The notes: generated from the sequence alone by a model not told the origin. Counted from the stretch's first letter, positions 1 through 8,672 are shown. The stretch is 32,000 bases of DNA from Pirellula staleyi DSM 6068 (GCA_000025185.1 CP001848.1:810001-842000), one strand, 5' to 3'. Numbers and translations are program-made.

Positions 1-2
1 CC

Positions 3-191
3 CGCGAAGACCATCCTCCAGGCTACGACGAACGACAAAAACGGCGCTGTCCAACCTGTGGGCACCTGGTCTATCTGTGGCCCTGTTTGGCCTGCGAACT
101 CGAGACTCCAACGGGTCCGCCAGATGCAGTTCCCGCTCCCCCACCTCGGCAGGATGAACGCCGACGGCGGGCCGATCGCAGTTTTCGATAA
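3..191 (+). CDS. 3' end of a CDS starting upstream of the window; C-terminal CxxC-X8-CxxC zinc-ribbon
   Basis: Frame 3 is open from the window edge to TAA 189-191. It is absent from the ORF track because it has no in-window start. Translation ...ERQKRRCPTCGHLVYLWPCLACELETPTGPP... has paired CxxC motifs. Confidence 0.35.
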   Translation, partial: REDHPPGYDERQKRRCPTCGHLVYLWPCLACELETPTGPPDAVPAPPPRQDERRRRADRSFR

Positions 192-244
192 CTTCCTAAC
201 ACTTCCGAACGAATTCTTTACGAATTGCTCAAAGGAGCTTCACG

Positions 245-466
245 ATGTCTTTAGAACACACTGTCTCGCTACTCACCACGCTCGTCGGGCTTGGCGTCTC
301 GATCCTGCTGGCCAGTATTCCTTGGGCCTACGGCATTCATGGTCGGCTGACTCGCATTGAGACGACCCTCGCCGAGTCGCTGCCACATAAGCCGCGACTG
401 GAGGAGATCGATCGACGGCTCGCGCGGGTCGAATTGCTTCAGGAGCGCGACGCCACCCAGGCTTGA
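245..466 (+). CDS. small single-pass membrane protein with charged coiled-coil-like tail, function unknown
   Basis: ATG 245 is preceded by AAGGAG at 232-237 (7-nt spacer). A hydrophobic helix LLTTLVGLGVSILLASIPWAY is followed by a charged R/E/L-rich tail. Confidence 0.6.
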   Translation: MSLEHTVSLLTTLVGLGVSILLASIPWAYGIHGRLTRIETTLAESLPHKPRLEEIDRRLARVELLQERDATQA

Positions 467-506
467 GCAGCGCGCTCGATTGTCCCCTGCCCCGTTTTGG
501 AAAGTG

Positions 507-1001
507 ATGAGAACCATGTCGAGCCCCACACTTAAGCGTGAACTTCGGTGGATGAAGGCCACGCTGCTCAAGCGACACCCGCTCAAGTTGCGTGCTGCTG
601 CCCCGCAAGATCGAAAACGAGTCGAGGAGCAAATCGAGCAACTCGGCTGTGTGACGCCGATCATCGCCCATCCTCGCGACGATGGTTCTCTCGAGATTCT
701 CGACGGGCATCTGCGCGCCGAGATCGCGGGAGAGAACCTCGTCCCTGTCGTCGTCCTGGAATGCGACAACGCAGCGTCGGCACCGATTTTTGCGGCACTT
801 CAGCAGCGAAGCGATCGGCCACAAGTAACGAGTCGTTACGCGAAGAAAACGCCTGCCGATTTGGTGCGTGACGCGGAGAAGATTCCCGCTTCGTATCAGT
901 TGCTCGTCGATTGTGGCGCGGAGCCGCAGCAACGATTGCTGTTTGATGCACTCGAAGCGCAAGGGCTCCGCTGCCGCGTTCTCACGCTGACGACCTCGTA
1001 G
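507..1001 (+). CDS. ParB N-terminal (ParB/Srx-like nuclease) domain protein
   Basis: ORF 357-1001; ATG 507 (MRTMSSP...) is preferred as the start. The core VTPIIAHPRDDGSLEILDGHLRAEIAGENLVPVVVLE resembles the ParB-N fold, including the GxxR box. Confidence 0.7.
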   Translation: MRTMSSPTLKRELRWMKATLLKRHPLKLRAAAPQDRKRVEEQIEQLGCVTPIIAHPRDDGSLEILDGHLRAEIAGENLVPVVVLECDNAASAPIFAALQQRSDRPQVTSRYAKKTPADLVRDAEKIPASYQLLVDCGAEPQQRLLFDALEAQGLRCRVLTLTTS

Positions 1002-1115
1002 CAGATCACGCTTGATTCACCAGTTCACTGTTTACCTCTCCCTTGCCAAAGAGCGCGGGCAAGCACGAGAGTCGTACGTCGCTGCGCACTCGGCAAATCA
1101 TCGAAAGGGACGACC

Positions 1116-2255
1116 ATGACACGCTTTGACATTCATCTTTGTTCGCAAGTTCCGCGCACGTTTCGTTTAGCAGCGCTCGAAGGAACATTTGGACTGGAGT
1201 GCGCAGAAATGTCGCATGAACGGATCGAGGCCGAGGTCCCCTCGCTCGAAGAGTCGTGGCGCATCGGCGCTATTGTGGGCCCGAGCGGAAGTGGCAAGAC
1301 GACGCTCGCCAAAGCTGCTTTTTCCCAAGGATTTCGCGATATTTTGCCTTGGCGGGGGGATGTCGCGATGATCGATGGGTTGCCCGATCGTCCCCTCGCC
1401 GAACTGATGAGTCTGCTCACTTCGGTGGGACTCGGAAGCCCACGCATCTGGACGCGGCCGTTTCATCAACTGAGTAGCGGCGAGCAGTTTCGCGCCCATC
1501 TAGCTCGAGCATTGGCGGCTCCTGTCGACGAAGCGCGTCACTCGGTGCTTGTCGTCGATGAGTTCACCAGCAACGTCGATCGGACCACCGCGCGGAGCAT
1601 CGCAGCGGCTGTCGGTGCAACGCTGCGGCGGAATCCTCAACTCCCTCGGCTGGTGGTTGTCACCTGTCATCACGATATCGTCCCGTGGCTCTCGCCGGAC
1701 TGGCATGTCAACTTGAATAGCGGGTCGGCAGTGCTCGAGCGCACGCGTGTCGCGCGACCGCTGGTGAAGCTCGAAGTCGAGCGGGCTCCGCAAAGCATGT
1801 GGCAACAGTTTCGCAAGCATCACTACCTGCATGGCGACCTCGGTCGTTCGAGCAGTTGCTACATCGCCAAATGGCAAGGAGAACTTGCGGCGTTCCTCGC
1901 CGTGGTTCCTCAGCTCGGTCGCGCGGGTCAAAAGCGGATCTCGCGCATCGTCACGCTGCCACAGTTTCAAGGACTCGGTATTGGAATGCGACTCGCCGAG
2001 CATGTAGCGCGCGAGCTATCTGCGCGCGGTCATCGTGTGACAATCACTGCCAGTCATCCGGGAGTGATTCGTCGCTGCAGCAGTTCACCCCACTGGAAAT
2101 TGCAGCGGTACTCGCGGACCGGCAAAGCAGCGCCTCAGCAGTTCTGCGAGCGAACGATTGCGTCGACGATTCGTCGCCCTAGCGCATCGTTTCAGTACAT
2201 CGGTGTCGTCGATTCGCAACCAGCCGCGCGTGATGAAAACGAGGTGCGCTCGTGA
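1116..2255 (+). CDS. ABC-type P-loop ATPase fused to a C-terminal GNAT-like acetyltransferase domain
   Basis: Walker A GPSGSGKTT, signature-like LSSGEQFR, Walker B VLVVDEFTS, H-loop-like VTCHHD. The C-terminal ~150 aa carries a GNAT motif-A-like RIVTLPQFQGLGIGMRLAEHVA. Confidence 0.8.
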   Translation: MTRFDIHLCSQVPRTFRLAALEGTFGLECAEMSHERIEAEVPSLEESWRIGAIVGPSGSGKTTLAKAAFSQGFRDILPWRGDVAMIDGLPDRPLAELMSLLTSVGLGSPRIWTRPFHQLSSGEQFRAHLARALAAPVDEARHSVLVVDEFTSNVDRTTARSIAAAVGATLRRNPQLPRLVVVTCHHDIVPWLSPDWHVNLNSGSAVLERTRVARPLVKLEVERAPQSMWQQFRKHHYLHGDLGRSSSCYIAKWQGELAAFLAVVPQLGRAGQKRISRIVTLPQFQGLGIGMRLAEHVARELSARGHRVTITASHPGVIRRCSSSPHWKLQRYSRTGKAAPQQFCERTIASTIRRPSASFQYIGVVDSQPAARDENEVRS

Positions 2256-2902
2256 CTACATCCGGCGAGAACAAACAGACAAAAGCAGCCGAAATACGCG
2301 AGAAATATAAGGAAAAACGCCCCTCGGCGCGTGATATGGCAATCGTTCGCCGATCGCTCTCGGGCGCGACCCAGCGCGAGATCGGTGCCGAGTTTGGACT
2401 TTCAGCAGGACGCGTTTCGCACATCATCGCAAAGGTAGCAAAGTGGATGGCAGCGAGGCCGCGCGAGCTGCACTATCTCGATTCAGCCGACCCGCTTTCG
2501 CTCACCGAGCGCTGGCAACTCGGAGAGAATTTGAAACTCGAGCAACTGCATCAAGCGATCGCCTCGCTGTGGGATGAGTGGGATCGATCTTGCAAGCCGA
2601 CCGAGACTTGGAAGGTCAGCTGCGTCGAAGGAAAGGATGAACGAAAAATCGAGAAGACGGTGAAGTCGCGTGCTGGAGATCCGCGCTACATCGGACTGAT
2701 TCGTCGACTGCTGGAAGATGTAGACCAAGCGCGCATGCGCGCGATGAAACGACACTCGCGCCACAAGGAATCGACCGATGCAACCACTCTGGAACCTGAG
2801 CAACGACGATTGGCAATCCATCGCATCTTGGAGCTCGCACGCGAGCGAAACCGAGCAGCAACAACTGGTGGAACTGATCCTCGGCCGGAGTCTGGCGACT
2901 GA
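2252..2902 (+). CDS. HTH DNA-binding protein, candidate small terminase subunit
   Basis: GTG 2252 overlaps the upstream stop (GTGA at 2252-2255). HTH-like ATQREIGAEFGLSAGRVSHIIAKV. Lies directly upstream of the large terminase. Confidence 0.6.
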   Translation: MTTSGENKQTKAAEIREKYKEKRPSARDMAIVRRSLSGATQREIGAEFGLSAGRVSHIIAKVAKWMAARPRELHYLDSADPLSLTERWQLGENLKLEQLHQAIASLWDEWDRSCKPTETWKVSCVEGKDERKIEKTVKSRAGDPRYIGLIRRLLEDVDQARMRAMKRHSRHKESTDATTLEPEQRRLAIHRILELARERNRAATTGGTDPRPESGD

Positions 2903-4274
2903 TCCCCTCGCGAGCTACTGCCCCCACGTGCCATGGCCACGTCAGCGCGACTTCTTGAAACGCTCGAGTCGCGAAGCGCTCTTCGGCGGCGCTGCAGGTG
3001 GTGGTAAGAGCGAGGCGCTCTTGATGGCGGCTCTGCAGTTTGTCGATGTGCCGGGCTATGCAGCGCTCATTTTGCGACGCGATACGCGACGACTCGAACT
3101 CCCTGGCGGGCTCATACCACGATCGCACGAGTGGCTGCAAAACACCAGCGCTCGGTGGAGCGCGATTCGCAAAACATGGCTTTTTCCCACGGAAAACGAG
3201 CCTGCGACGATCGCGTTTGGCTATCTCAGCAGTCCCGATGACAAGTATCGTTACGCCAGTAGCGAGTTTCAGTTCATCGGCTTTGATGAGCTGACGGAGT
3301 TTCCGGAAGACGACTATTTGTTCCTCTTCAGTCGCTTGCGGCGAACGCGCGATTTGCCTGTGCCGCTTCGGATGCGCGCGGCGAGTAATCCAGGCAATCG
3401 TGGTCATCAGTGGGTGAAGCAGCGGTTCATTACACGCGAAGCGATGGAGGCTGCCTCTCGCGCACGCGATGAGCAACTCGCCACGTCGAACGATCTGTTT
3501 TGGAACGAAGGTCGCGCGTACTTGCCTTCACGCATCATCGACAATCCATCGCTCGATCGCGCGAGCTACCTGGAAAGTCTCTCGCACTTGCCACGCTTGA
3601 TTCGCGAACGTCTGCTGCATGGCGACTGGAGCGTGCAAGAGGACTCGCTGATTCGCGCAAACTGGCTCCGCTACTTCACGCACCTGCATGGGATGCTGCA
3701 CTTCGAAGGTGGTGTGCTCGGCGAGCGGGCCGCGATACATGAACGCGATTGTCAGCGGTTCATGACGATCGACCCCGCTGGTACGAGTGAAGATCGAGCC
3801 CGGGAATCCCGCAGTGGAACTCGCTGCTATAGCGTGCTACAGATTTGGGATTTAGCCCGCCAATCGCGGGGGGAACTACTATTTTTGCGTCATCAGGTTC
3901 GCGCGCGATTGGGCTTCGATGAACTTTGCCATACGATTCGTCAGCTGCACCAGCAGTACGCGCCGCAGAAGATCTGGATTGAGAACGAGAAGCTCGGTCA
4001 GGCGGCTGTCGATGTGCTTCGAAGAGAATTGCCAATCGCGACGATTGCTACCCGTGGACGCGATAAAGTAACTCGCGCGGCGAGGCTCATCACGAAGCTC
4101 GAGCGACGTGAAATTTTACTGCCGAGTGAGATGCTCCCCTGGAAGCAATCGCTGGAAGCGGAAATGCTCACCTGGACCGGACAAACGAGCGAGCCCTCCG
4201 ACCAGATCGATGCCGCTGCCTACGCCGCAGAAATCGCCAGTGAGAAGCGCGCCGCTGTGGTGCTAATGGGTTAG
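2778..4274 (+). CDS. terL: phage terminase large subunit
   Basis: Walker A FGGAAGGGKSEA, Walker B FQFIGFDELTEF, C-terminal nuclease-like half (MTIDPAGTSED ... DQIDAAAYA). Start is uncertain: ATG 2778 overlaps the upstream ORF by 125 nt. Confidence 0.85.
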   Translation: MQPLWNLSNDDWQSIASWSSHASETEQQQLVELILGRSLATDPLASYCPHVPWPRQRDFLKRSSREALFGGAAGGGKSEALLMAALQFVDVPGYAALILRRDTRRLELPGGLIPRSHEWLQNTSARWSAIRKTWLFPTENEPATIAFGYLSSPDDKYRYASSEFQFIGFDELTEFPEDDYLFLFSRLRRTRDLPVPLRMRAASNPGNRGHQWVKQRFITREAMEAASRARDEQLATSNDLFWNEGRAYLPSRIIDNPSLDRASYLESLSHLPRLIRERLLHGDWSVQEDSLIRANWLRYFTHLHGMLHFEGGVLGERAAIHERDCQRFMTIDPAGTSEDRARESRSGTRCYSVLQIWDLARQSRGELLFLRHQVRARLGFDELCHTIRQLHQQYAPQKIWIENEKLGQAAVDVLRRELPIATIATRGRDKVTRAARLITKLERREILLPSEMLPWKQSLEAEMLTWTGQTSEPSDQIDAAAYAAEIASEKRAAVVLMG

Positions 4275-4292
4275 CACTCAGCCAACTGCTCG

Positions 4293-6425
4293 CTATTTTT
4301 TATCGTCGCTGTCGCCCAGGCCGAGTCGTGTCAGCCAGCGACCGCGCGGTTGTTTTTTGTTCTTATCGTTGGCATTGTTGTCGCCAGCCTGTGCGCCGCC
4401 ACGATCGCGATCAAATGTTTGCAAACGTTCCTCGAGCTCGGCCCGATCGCGCGCCAGCTTGGCACGTTCGAGAGAGATTTCGAGTTCCATTTTCATGTGC
4501 TGCTGACGACACGACTCTTGCAGTTGTTGCAAGTTTTCGCGCTCTTGCTTGATCAGCTCATCGGAATCGAGCATGCCGGCAATCGCAGCGGCACCAACTG
4601 CCAAACCGCCAATGCTGCCCGATTGATTTTCGAGTAAACGTCGCAGTTCTTCGATTTCGCGATCCCGCTCGGCAATCTCATTGTTCTTCTCGGCGATCGC
4701 GCGGTCGGTCGACTCAATCGCTTGTTTTACCGTGAGTTTATCCGCTTTTTGCTGCGGATCATGCTCGTCGTAATCGTTCTCGAGTTGCTCGAGCAGACGT
4801 TTCTTTTGCGCTTCCCAGTCCATGCCGGTCGACGAAACAACTTTCGCAGGACCACTGCCGCCATCCTTGTGCGCCTTGGTCAACTGCTGCTGTAGATCGT
4901 CGTTCTTTTTGCGCAGTTCGCGCAGATCGGCGGTCGCCATTTCGAGACGTCGTCGCAGGTCGTCGATCGCGGTGCCATCGCTCGCAGCCTCGCTCGCGCT
5001 ACGACCACCTTGCAATGCTTCGGCGAGTTGCTCGCGCAGTTCGCGATTCTCTTCCGACAGCTGAGAAATCTGTTCTTCCAGATGACCGGTGTCGACTTCG
5101 AGACTCTGCGAAGCTCGCTGCTGCATCGCAAAGCGACGCTCTTGCTCGTCGAGTTCGCGCTCTTGCTTCTCGAGTTTCGTTTGCAGCAGATGTTGCTCGG
5201 CCAGCAGTGTGGCGTGGGCCACTTCGACCTTCTGGCGCTCGAGGCGCGCTTCGGTCAGTTGCTTGGCTAGATCGTCACGCTCGGTTGCTGCTGCGACCCG
5301 TTCTTTGCGAAGTTCGTCTTCACGACCGCGAGCCCGCTCGAGTTCTTGAGCTCGTTCGTCGAGCTGCTGCTGTCGATCCTTCAGCTGCTCGCGCAGCAAG
5401 TTCACTTCCGCCAGTTGATCGCGCAGTTGGTCGCGCACTTGCTGCGATTCGTCGAGCTTTTCGCGGAGCGAATCGAAACGATCCTGCAGCTGCGTCAAGC
5501 GATTTTGCAGCTCGGAATCAGCGATATTTCCAGCGTTTCCGCTACTTGTTTGCTCGCGTGAACGGGCAATCTCGATCTCTGCTTGAGCTTCTTTTTTACG
5601 CACCTTCAGCTGCTGCGCGATCGCCTGTCGCTGACGGTGGGTGTGCTGCTCGCGCAGTTTCAGATCGCGTTCGCGAGCTTCGATCGTGCGGGCGAGCTCG
5701 TTGACTTGGGCCTCGCGCGAGGCGAGTGATTGTTCGGTTTGCTGCGTGAGTTCGCGGAGCGATTCGAGGTCGGCCTCGAGCTGCACGCGATCGGCTTCGA
5801 GCGCTGCTGAAGCTTCGTCGAGGTTCGCTTGCCGGGCTCGCACTTCGGCATCAAGCGCGTCGACAGCCGCCTCGCGCCGCGCCAGTTGCTCGAGCTGCTC
5901 ATACGAACTCTTGGTGGTCGTAGCGAGCGAGTCGGCCCGCTCATCGAGCTGCGACAGTCGCAGGCTCAAGCTACTGAAGAGTTCCTCTTGTCGCGCCAGC
6001 AAGGCATCGTGCGACTGGCTGAGGTGCGACGCTTGCCCCGCGAGTTCAGCGCTCTTTTGATCGAGCTCGGCACTGCGCCGCACAAGTTCTTCCTGCCGGG
6101 CTTCCAGTTCCGCGCGACGTCTGGCGAGATCTTCTTCGCGCGTTTGCGAACTTCCGGCGTCCCGCGCCAGTTCATCGCGCTCGCGCTGCAGGTTCGCTTC
6201 GAGGTGCGCCAGTTCCGCGCGCTGACGCTCGAGCTTCTGCTGCTCGCTTGTCGCGGTTCGGGAAAGATCGGAGAGCTCGGTCTCGAGTTTCCGACGGAGG
6301 TCGGCCAGCCGCGTCCGCTGCGCCAGCGACATTTCGCGCGCACGCTGACGATGAGCGTGAAGTGACCGAGCAAGTTCGCTCGACCATTTCTCGGCGGGAG
6401 GTGCCTCGCGGAGTTGTTCGTCCAT
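4293..6425 (-). CDS. large coiled-coil protein (E/Q/R/L-rich, SMC-rod-like heptads), function unknown
   Basis: ORF 4293-6488; the internal ATG at 6425 (MDEQLREAPP...) is preferred. About 650 aa of uninterrupted heptad-like sequence, then a hydrophobic patch GGLAVGAAAIAGML near the C-terminus and a basic tail. Confidence 0.8.
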   Translation of the reverse strand: MDEQLREAPPAEKWSSELARSLHAHRQRAREMSLAQRTRLADLRRKLETELSDLSRTATSEQQKLERQRAELAHLEANLQRERDELARDAGSSQTREEDLARRRAELEARQEELVRRSAELDQKSAELAGQASHLSQSHDALLARQEELFSSLSLRLSQLDERADSLATTTKSSYEQLEQLARREAAVDALDAEVRARQANLDEASAALEADRVQLEADLESLRELTQQTEQSLASREAQVNELARTIEARERDLKLREQHTHRQRQAIAQQLKVRKKEAQAEIEIARSREQTSSGNAGNIADSELQNRLTQLQDRFDSLREKLDESQQVRDQLRDQLAEVNLLREQLKDRQQQLDERAQELERARGREDELRKERVAAATERDDLAKQLTEARLERQKVEVAHATLLAEQHLLQTKLEKQERELDEQERRFAMQQRASQSLEVDTGHLEEQISQLSEENRELREQLAEALQGGRSASEAASDGTAIDDLRRRLEMATADLRELRKKNDDLQQQLTKAHKDGGSGPAKVVSSTGMDWEAQKKRLLEQLENDYDEHDPQQKADKLTVKQAIESTDRAIAEKNNEIAERDREIEELRRLLENQSGSIGGLAVGAAAIAGMLDSDELIKQERENLQQLQESCRQQHMKMELEISLERAKLARDRAELEERLQTFDRDRGGAQAGDNNANDKNKKQPRGRWLTRLGLGDSDDKK

Positions 6426-6775
6426 GGTGATTCCAAATCGGCCTGGGCAAGCACTTCGAAGTGGCGCAAAGGGGTGACGCTCGACCAACTGCCAGCAGAC
6501 ATCACGACATGTCGGTCTGGCGAATCATCGGGCGTGGCGAAAGTTTGCCTGCCTAGGGTTCTATAGGTCGCATCCGTCGAGCGGTCAAAACCAACCGACG
6601 AAACGGGTGCCGATTGTGCCGAACGTGCCGCTTTCCGGGGATAAAATTACGTTTCCTGCCCCCACACCACCCACCAGAGCCCCCGCCCTGCGGGGATTCG
6701 CGTTGTCGCGCGCCGCAGAAAGGCCTATACTGAAGCGTCTCGACTCTCGGCGACTCGCTCTCGAAGGAGTTTCGG

Positions 6776-8509
6776 TTGTCTGTCAGGCGCAGGATTCTGT
6801 TTGTCTGCAGTCCGCATCGACCGGCTGATGCTTTACCGTCCGAATTGCGTAGCAACTCGGAAGTGGTGGAAGTTCATCATCCGCTGCGGGCCATCGCGAG
6901 ATTGATGCGCGAGAAGTTCGATGGCGTGTACGTCGCCGCTGAACATTTCAACGAAGCAGTCCGACTCGGACGCCTCCTCGAAAACGATCGCATCCTTGAA
7001 GGGATGCCCGATGCCGTCGCGCTCCTCGATGCCGATAGCACCATCCTCTGGGCCAACGAACGACTTCGCAGCTGGAGTCATCGGGGCAACATCGTCGGCG
7101 AAAGCTTCTTCCAGGCACTCAGCAATCCCGAAGTGGTCGGCTCCGAGCTCACCCCCTTCACGTCGGCGGTGCGACTCAACCGCGCCACAACCTCGACCCT
7201 GAAGACGAGCGACGGCCGCTACCTGCATCTCCACGCCGCCCCGGTCACCGATCCAAAAGAAAACACACGCCACCTGGTGGTCACCGCGCGCGATGTCACC
7301 GTCGAAACGCAGCAGCAGCAAAAACTGCACGCCATTCAGGATGCTGGTCGCGAACTGGCCGACCTGAAGCCCGACGAAATTTTCGACATGCCGATCGAAC
7401 AGCGCGTCGATCTGCTCAAAGCCAACATTCTGCACTGTACGAAAGATCTGCTGAAATTCGACGTCGTCGAGATTCGCCTGATCGACGAGAAGAACAACCA
7501 GCTCGTCCCGCTGCTCGAAATGGGAATGGACCCCGAAGCAGCCAATCGCATTCTCTACGCCGATAAAGAACGTAACGGTGTCACCGGATTTGTCGCGGCG
7601 ACCGGCAAGAGCTACCTCTGCGAAGATACCGCCAGCGATCCGATGTACCTGCAAGGGGTGAAGGACGCCAAGAGCTCCCTCACCGTTCCGCTAAAACTGC
7701 ACAACGAAGTGATCGGCACGTTCAACGTCGAAAGCCCCCAGCCGGGCGCTTTTTCCGACAGCGATCTGCAGTTCCTCGAGATTTTCTGCCGCGATCTGGC
7801 GGTCTCGCTCAACACACTACAGCTCCTCGCCGCGCAGCGTGCCAACGCTTGCCAAGAGAGTGTCGAAGCGATTCATAGCGAAGTCGCACTGCCGATCGAC
7901 GAGATCCTGAGCGACGCCATTTTCGTCACCGAGCGCACCGAGGGACTCCCTCCCGAAATGCAAGCGCGGCTGCAAACGATTTTGCGAAACGCCCGCGATA
8001 TCAAACGGGTGATTCAAAACGTCGGCCGCAAAATGGCCCCCGCCGACGCTGTCCCCGCCGCTCAGCATACCCAGCAGCGCCCCAAACTGGTCGGTCGCCG
8101 TGTGCTGGTGGTCGATGCCGAACAAGCGGTCCGCAGCAGTGCCCACGCGCTCCTGGAACGCTACGGCTGTGTTGTCGAAACCGCCCAGCGCGGAGCTGAA
8201 GCCGAAATGCTCTACCAGCATTCGCTCCGCGATGGCCGCTACGACGTCGTCCTCACTGGCACCAAGCTCCCCGACATGAGCGGCTACGACCTGATGATGC
8301 GACTCAAGCGGATGGTCGACCCCGTTCCGCTGATCCTGATGAGCGAGTTCGGCTGGGACGCCGGTCACACCCTCGTCAAAGCGCGCCAAGCGGGACTCCA
8401 CACGCGCGGCAACATCATGAAGCCCTTCATCCTGCCGCAACTGCTCGACACCGTCGAGGTGATCATCGAATGGTCCCTCCTCCCCATCGAAGCCCCCGCC
8501 CAAGCCTAA
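6776..8509 (+). CDS. multidomain signalling protein: degenerate N-terminal receiver-like, PAS, GAF, DHp-like helix with His, C-terminal Asp-less receiver
   Basis: TTG 6776 is preceded by AAGGAG 6764-6769 (6-nt spacer). PAS-like ILEGMPDAVALLDADSTILWANERL; GAF-like GVTGFVAATGKSYLCEDTASDPMY...LTVPL...VIGTFNVES; EAIHSEVALPIDEI; receiver RRVLVVDAEQ...YDVVLTGTKLPDMSG...LILMS...IMKPF. Confidence 0.85.
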   Translation: MSVRRRILFVCSPHRPADALPSELRSNSEVVEVHHPLRAIARLMREKFDGVYVAAEHFNEAVRLGRLLENDRILEGMPDAVALLDADSTILWANERLRSWSHRGNIVGESFFQALSNPEVVGSELTPFTSAVRLNRATTSTLKTSDGRYLHLHAAPVTDPKENTRHLVVTARDVTVETQQQQKLHAIQDAGRELADLKPDEIFDMPIEQRVDLLKANILHCTKDLLKFDVVEIRLIDEKNNQLVPLLEMGMDPEAANRILYADKERNGVTGFVAATGKSYLCEDTASDPMYLQGVKDAKSSLTVPLKLHNEVIGTFNVESPQPGAFSDSDLQFLEIFCRDLAVSLNTLQLLAAQRANACQESVEAIHSEVALPIDEILSDAIFVTERTEGLPPEMQARLQTILRNARDIKRVIQNVGRKMAPADAVPAAQHTQQRPKLVGRRVLVVDAEQAVRSSAHALLERYGCVVETAQRGAEAEMLYQHSLRDGRYDVVLTGTKLPDMSGYDLMMRLKRMVDPVPLILMSEFGWDAGHTLVKARQAGLHTRGNIMKPFILPQLLDTVEVIIEWSLLPIEAPAQA

Positions 8510-8512
8510 TCG

Positions 8513-8563
8513 CCGGTTCCACCAGCCACGCCTGGGGCACTGCTGGCTTGTCCAGCAGTGTGA
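8513..8563 (+). repeat. palindromic intergenic repeat (hairpin H family)
   Basis: CCGGTTCCACCAGCCACGCCTGGGG + perfect hairpin CACTGCTGG-CTTGT-CCAGCAGTG (8538-8560). The same unit recurs at 8614, 14213, 16184 and 27825. Confidence 0.85.
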
Positions 8564-8613
8564 GGCTCCATCGCAGCGCGACATTCATTGATCTTCGAAT
8601 TGCCCCCCTTTTC

Positions 8614-8672
8614 GTAGGGCCGGTTCCACAGGCCACGCCTGGGTGGCACTGCTGGCTTGTCCAGCAGTGTGA
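8614..8672 (+). repeat. GTAGG-headed REP-like unit plus hairpin H
   Basis: GTAGGGCCGGTTCCACAGGCCACGCCTGGGTGGCACTGCTGGCTTGTCCAGCAGTGTGA, nearly identical to 8513-8563. Confidence 0.85.

Noticed and set aside
58-360. 100-aa plus-strand ORF with a GTG start
   Set aside because: It overlaps both the frame-3 zinc-ribbon fragment (to 191) and the RBS-supported ORF at 245-466. It has no motif or RBS of its own.
4328-6430. Multiple plus-strand ORFs (up to 229 aa) inside the coiled-coil gene
   Set aside because: They are antisense or alternate-frame products of a repetitive GC-rich coding sequence. The Ser/Arg/Ala-rich translations have no features.
6833-8584. 273-aa and 255-aa minus-strand ORFs
   Set aside because: They are antisense to the PAS-GAF-receiver gene, whose domains are clearly readable on the plus strand. 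No motifs, low-complexity translations.
8513-8672. CRISPR array (near-identical ~50-bp repeats about 100 bp apart)
   Set aside because: There are only two adjacent copies. Other copies are dispersed singly and in both orientations, spacing is irregular, and no cas genes are present. This is dispersed REP-like behaviour.
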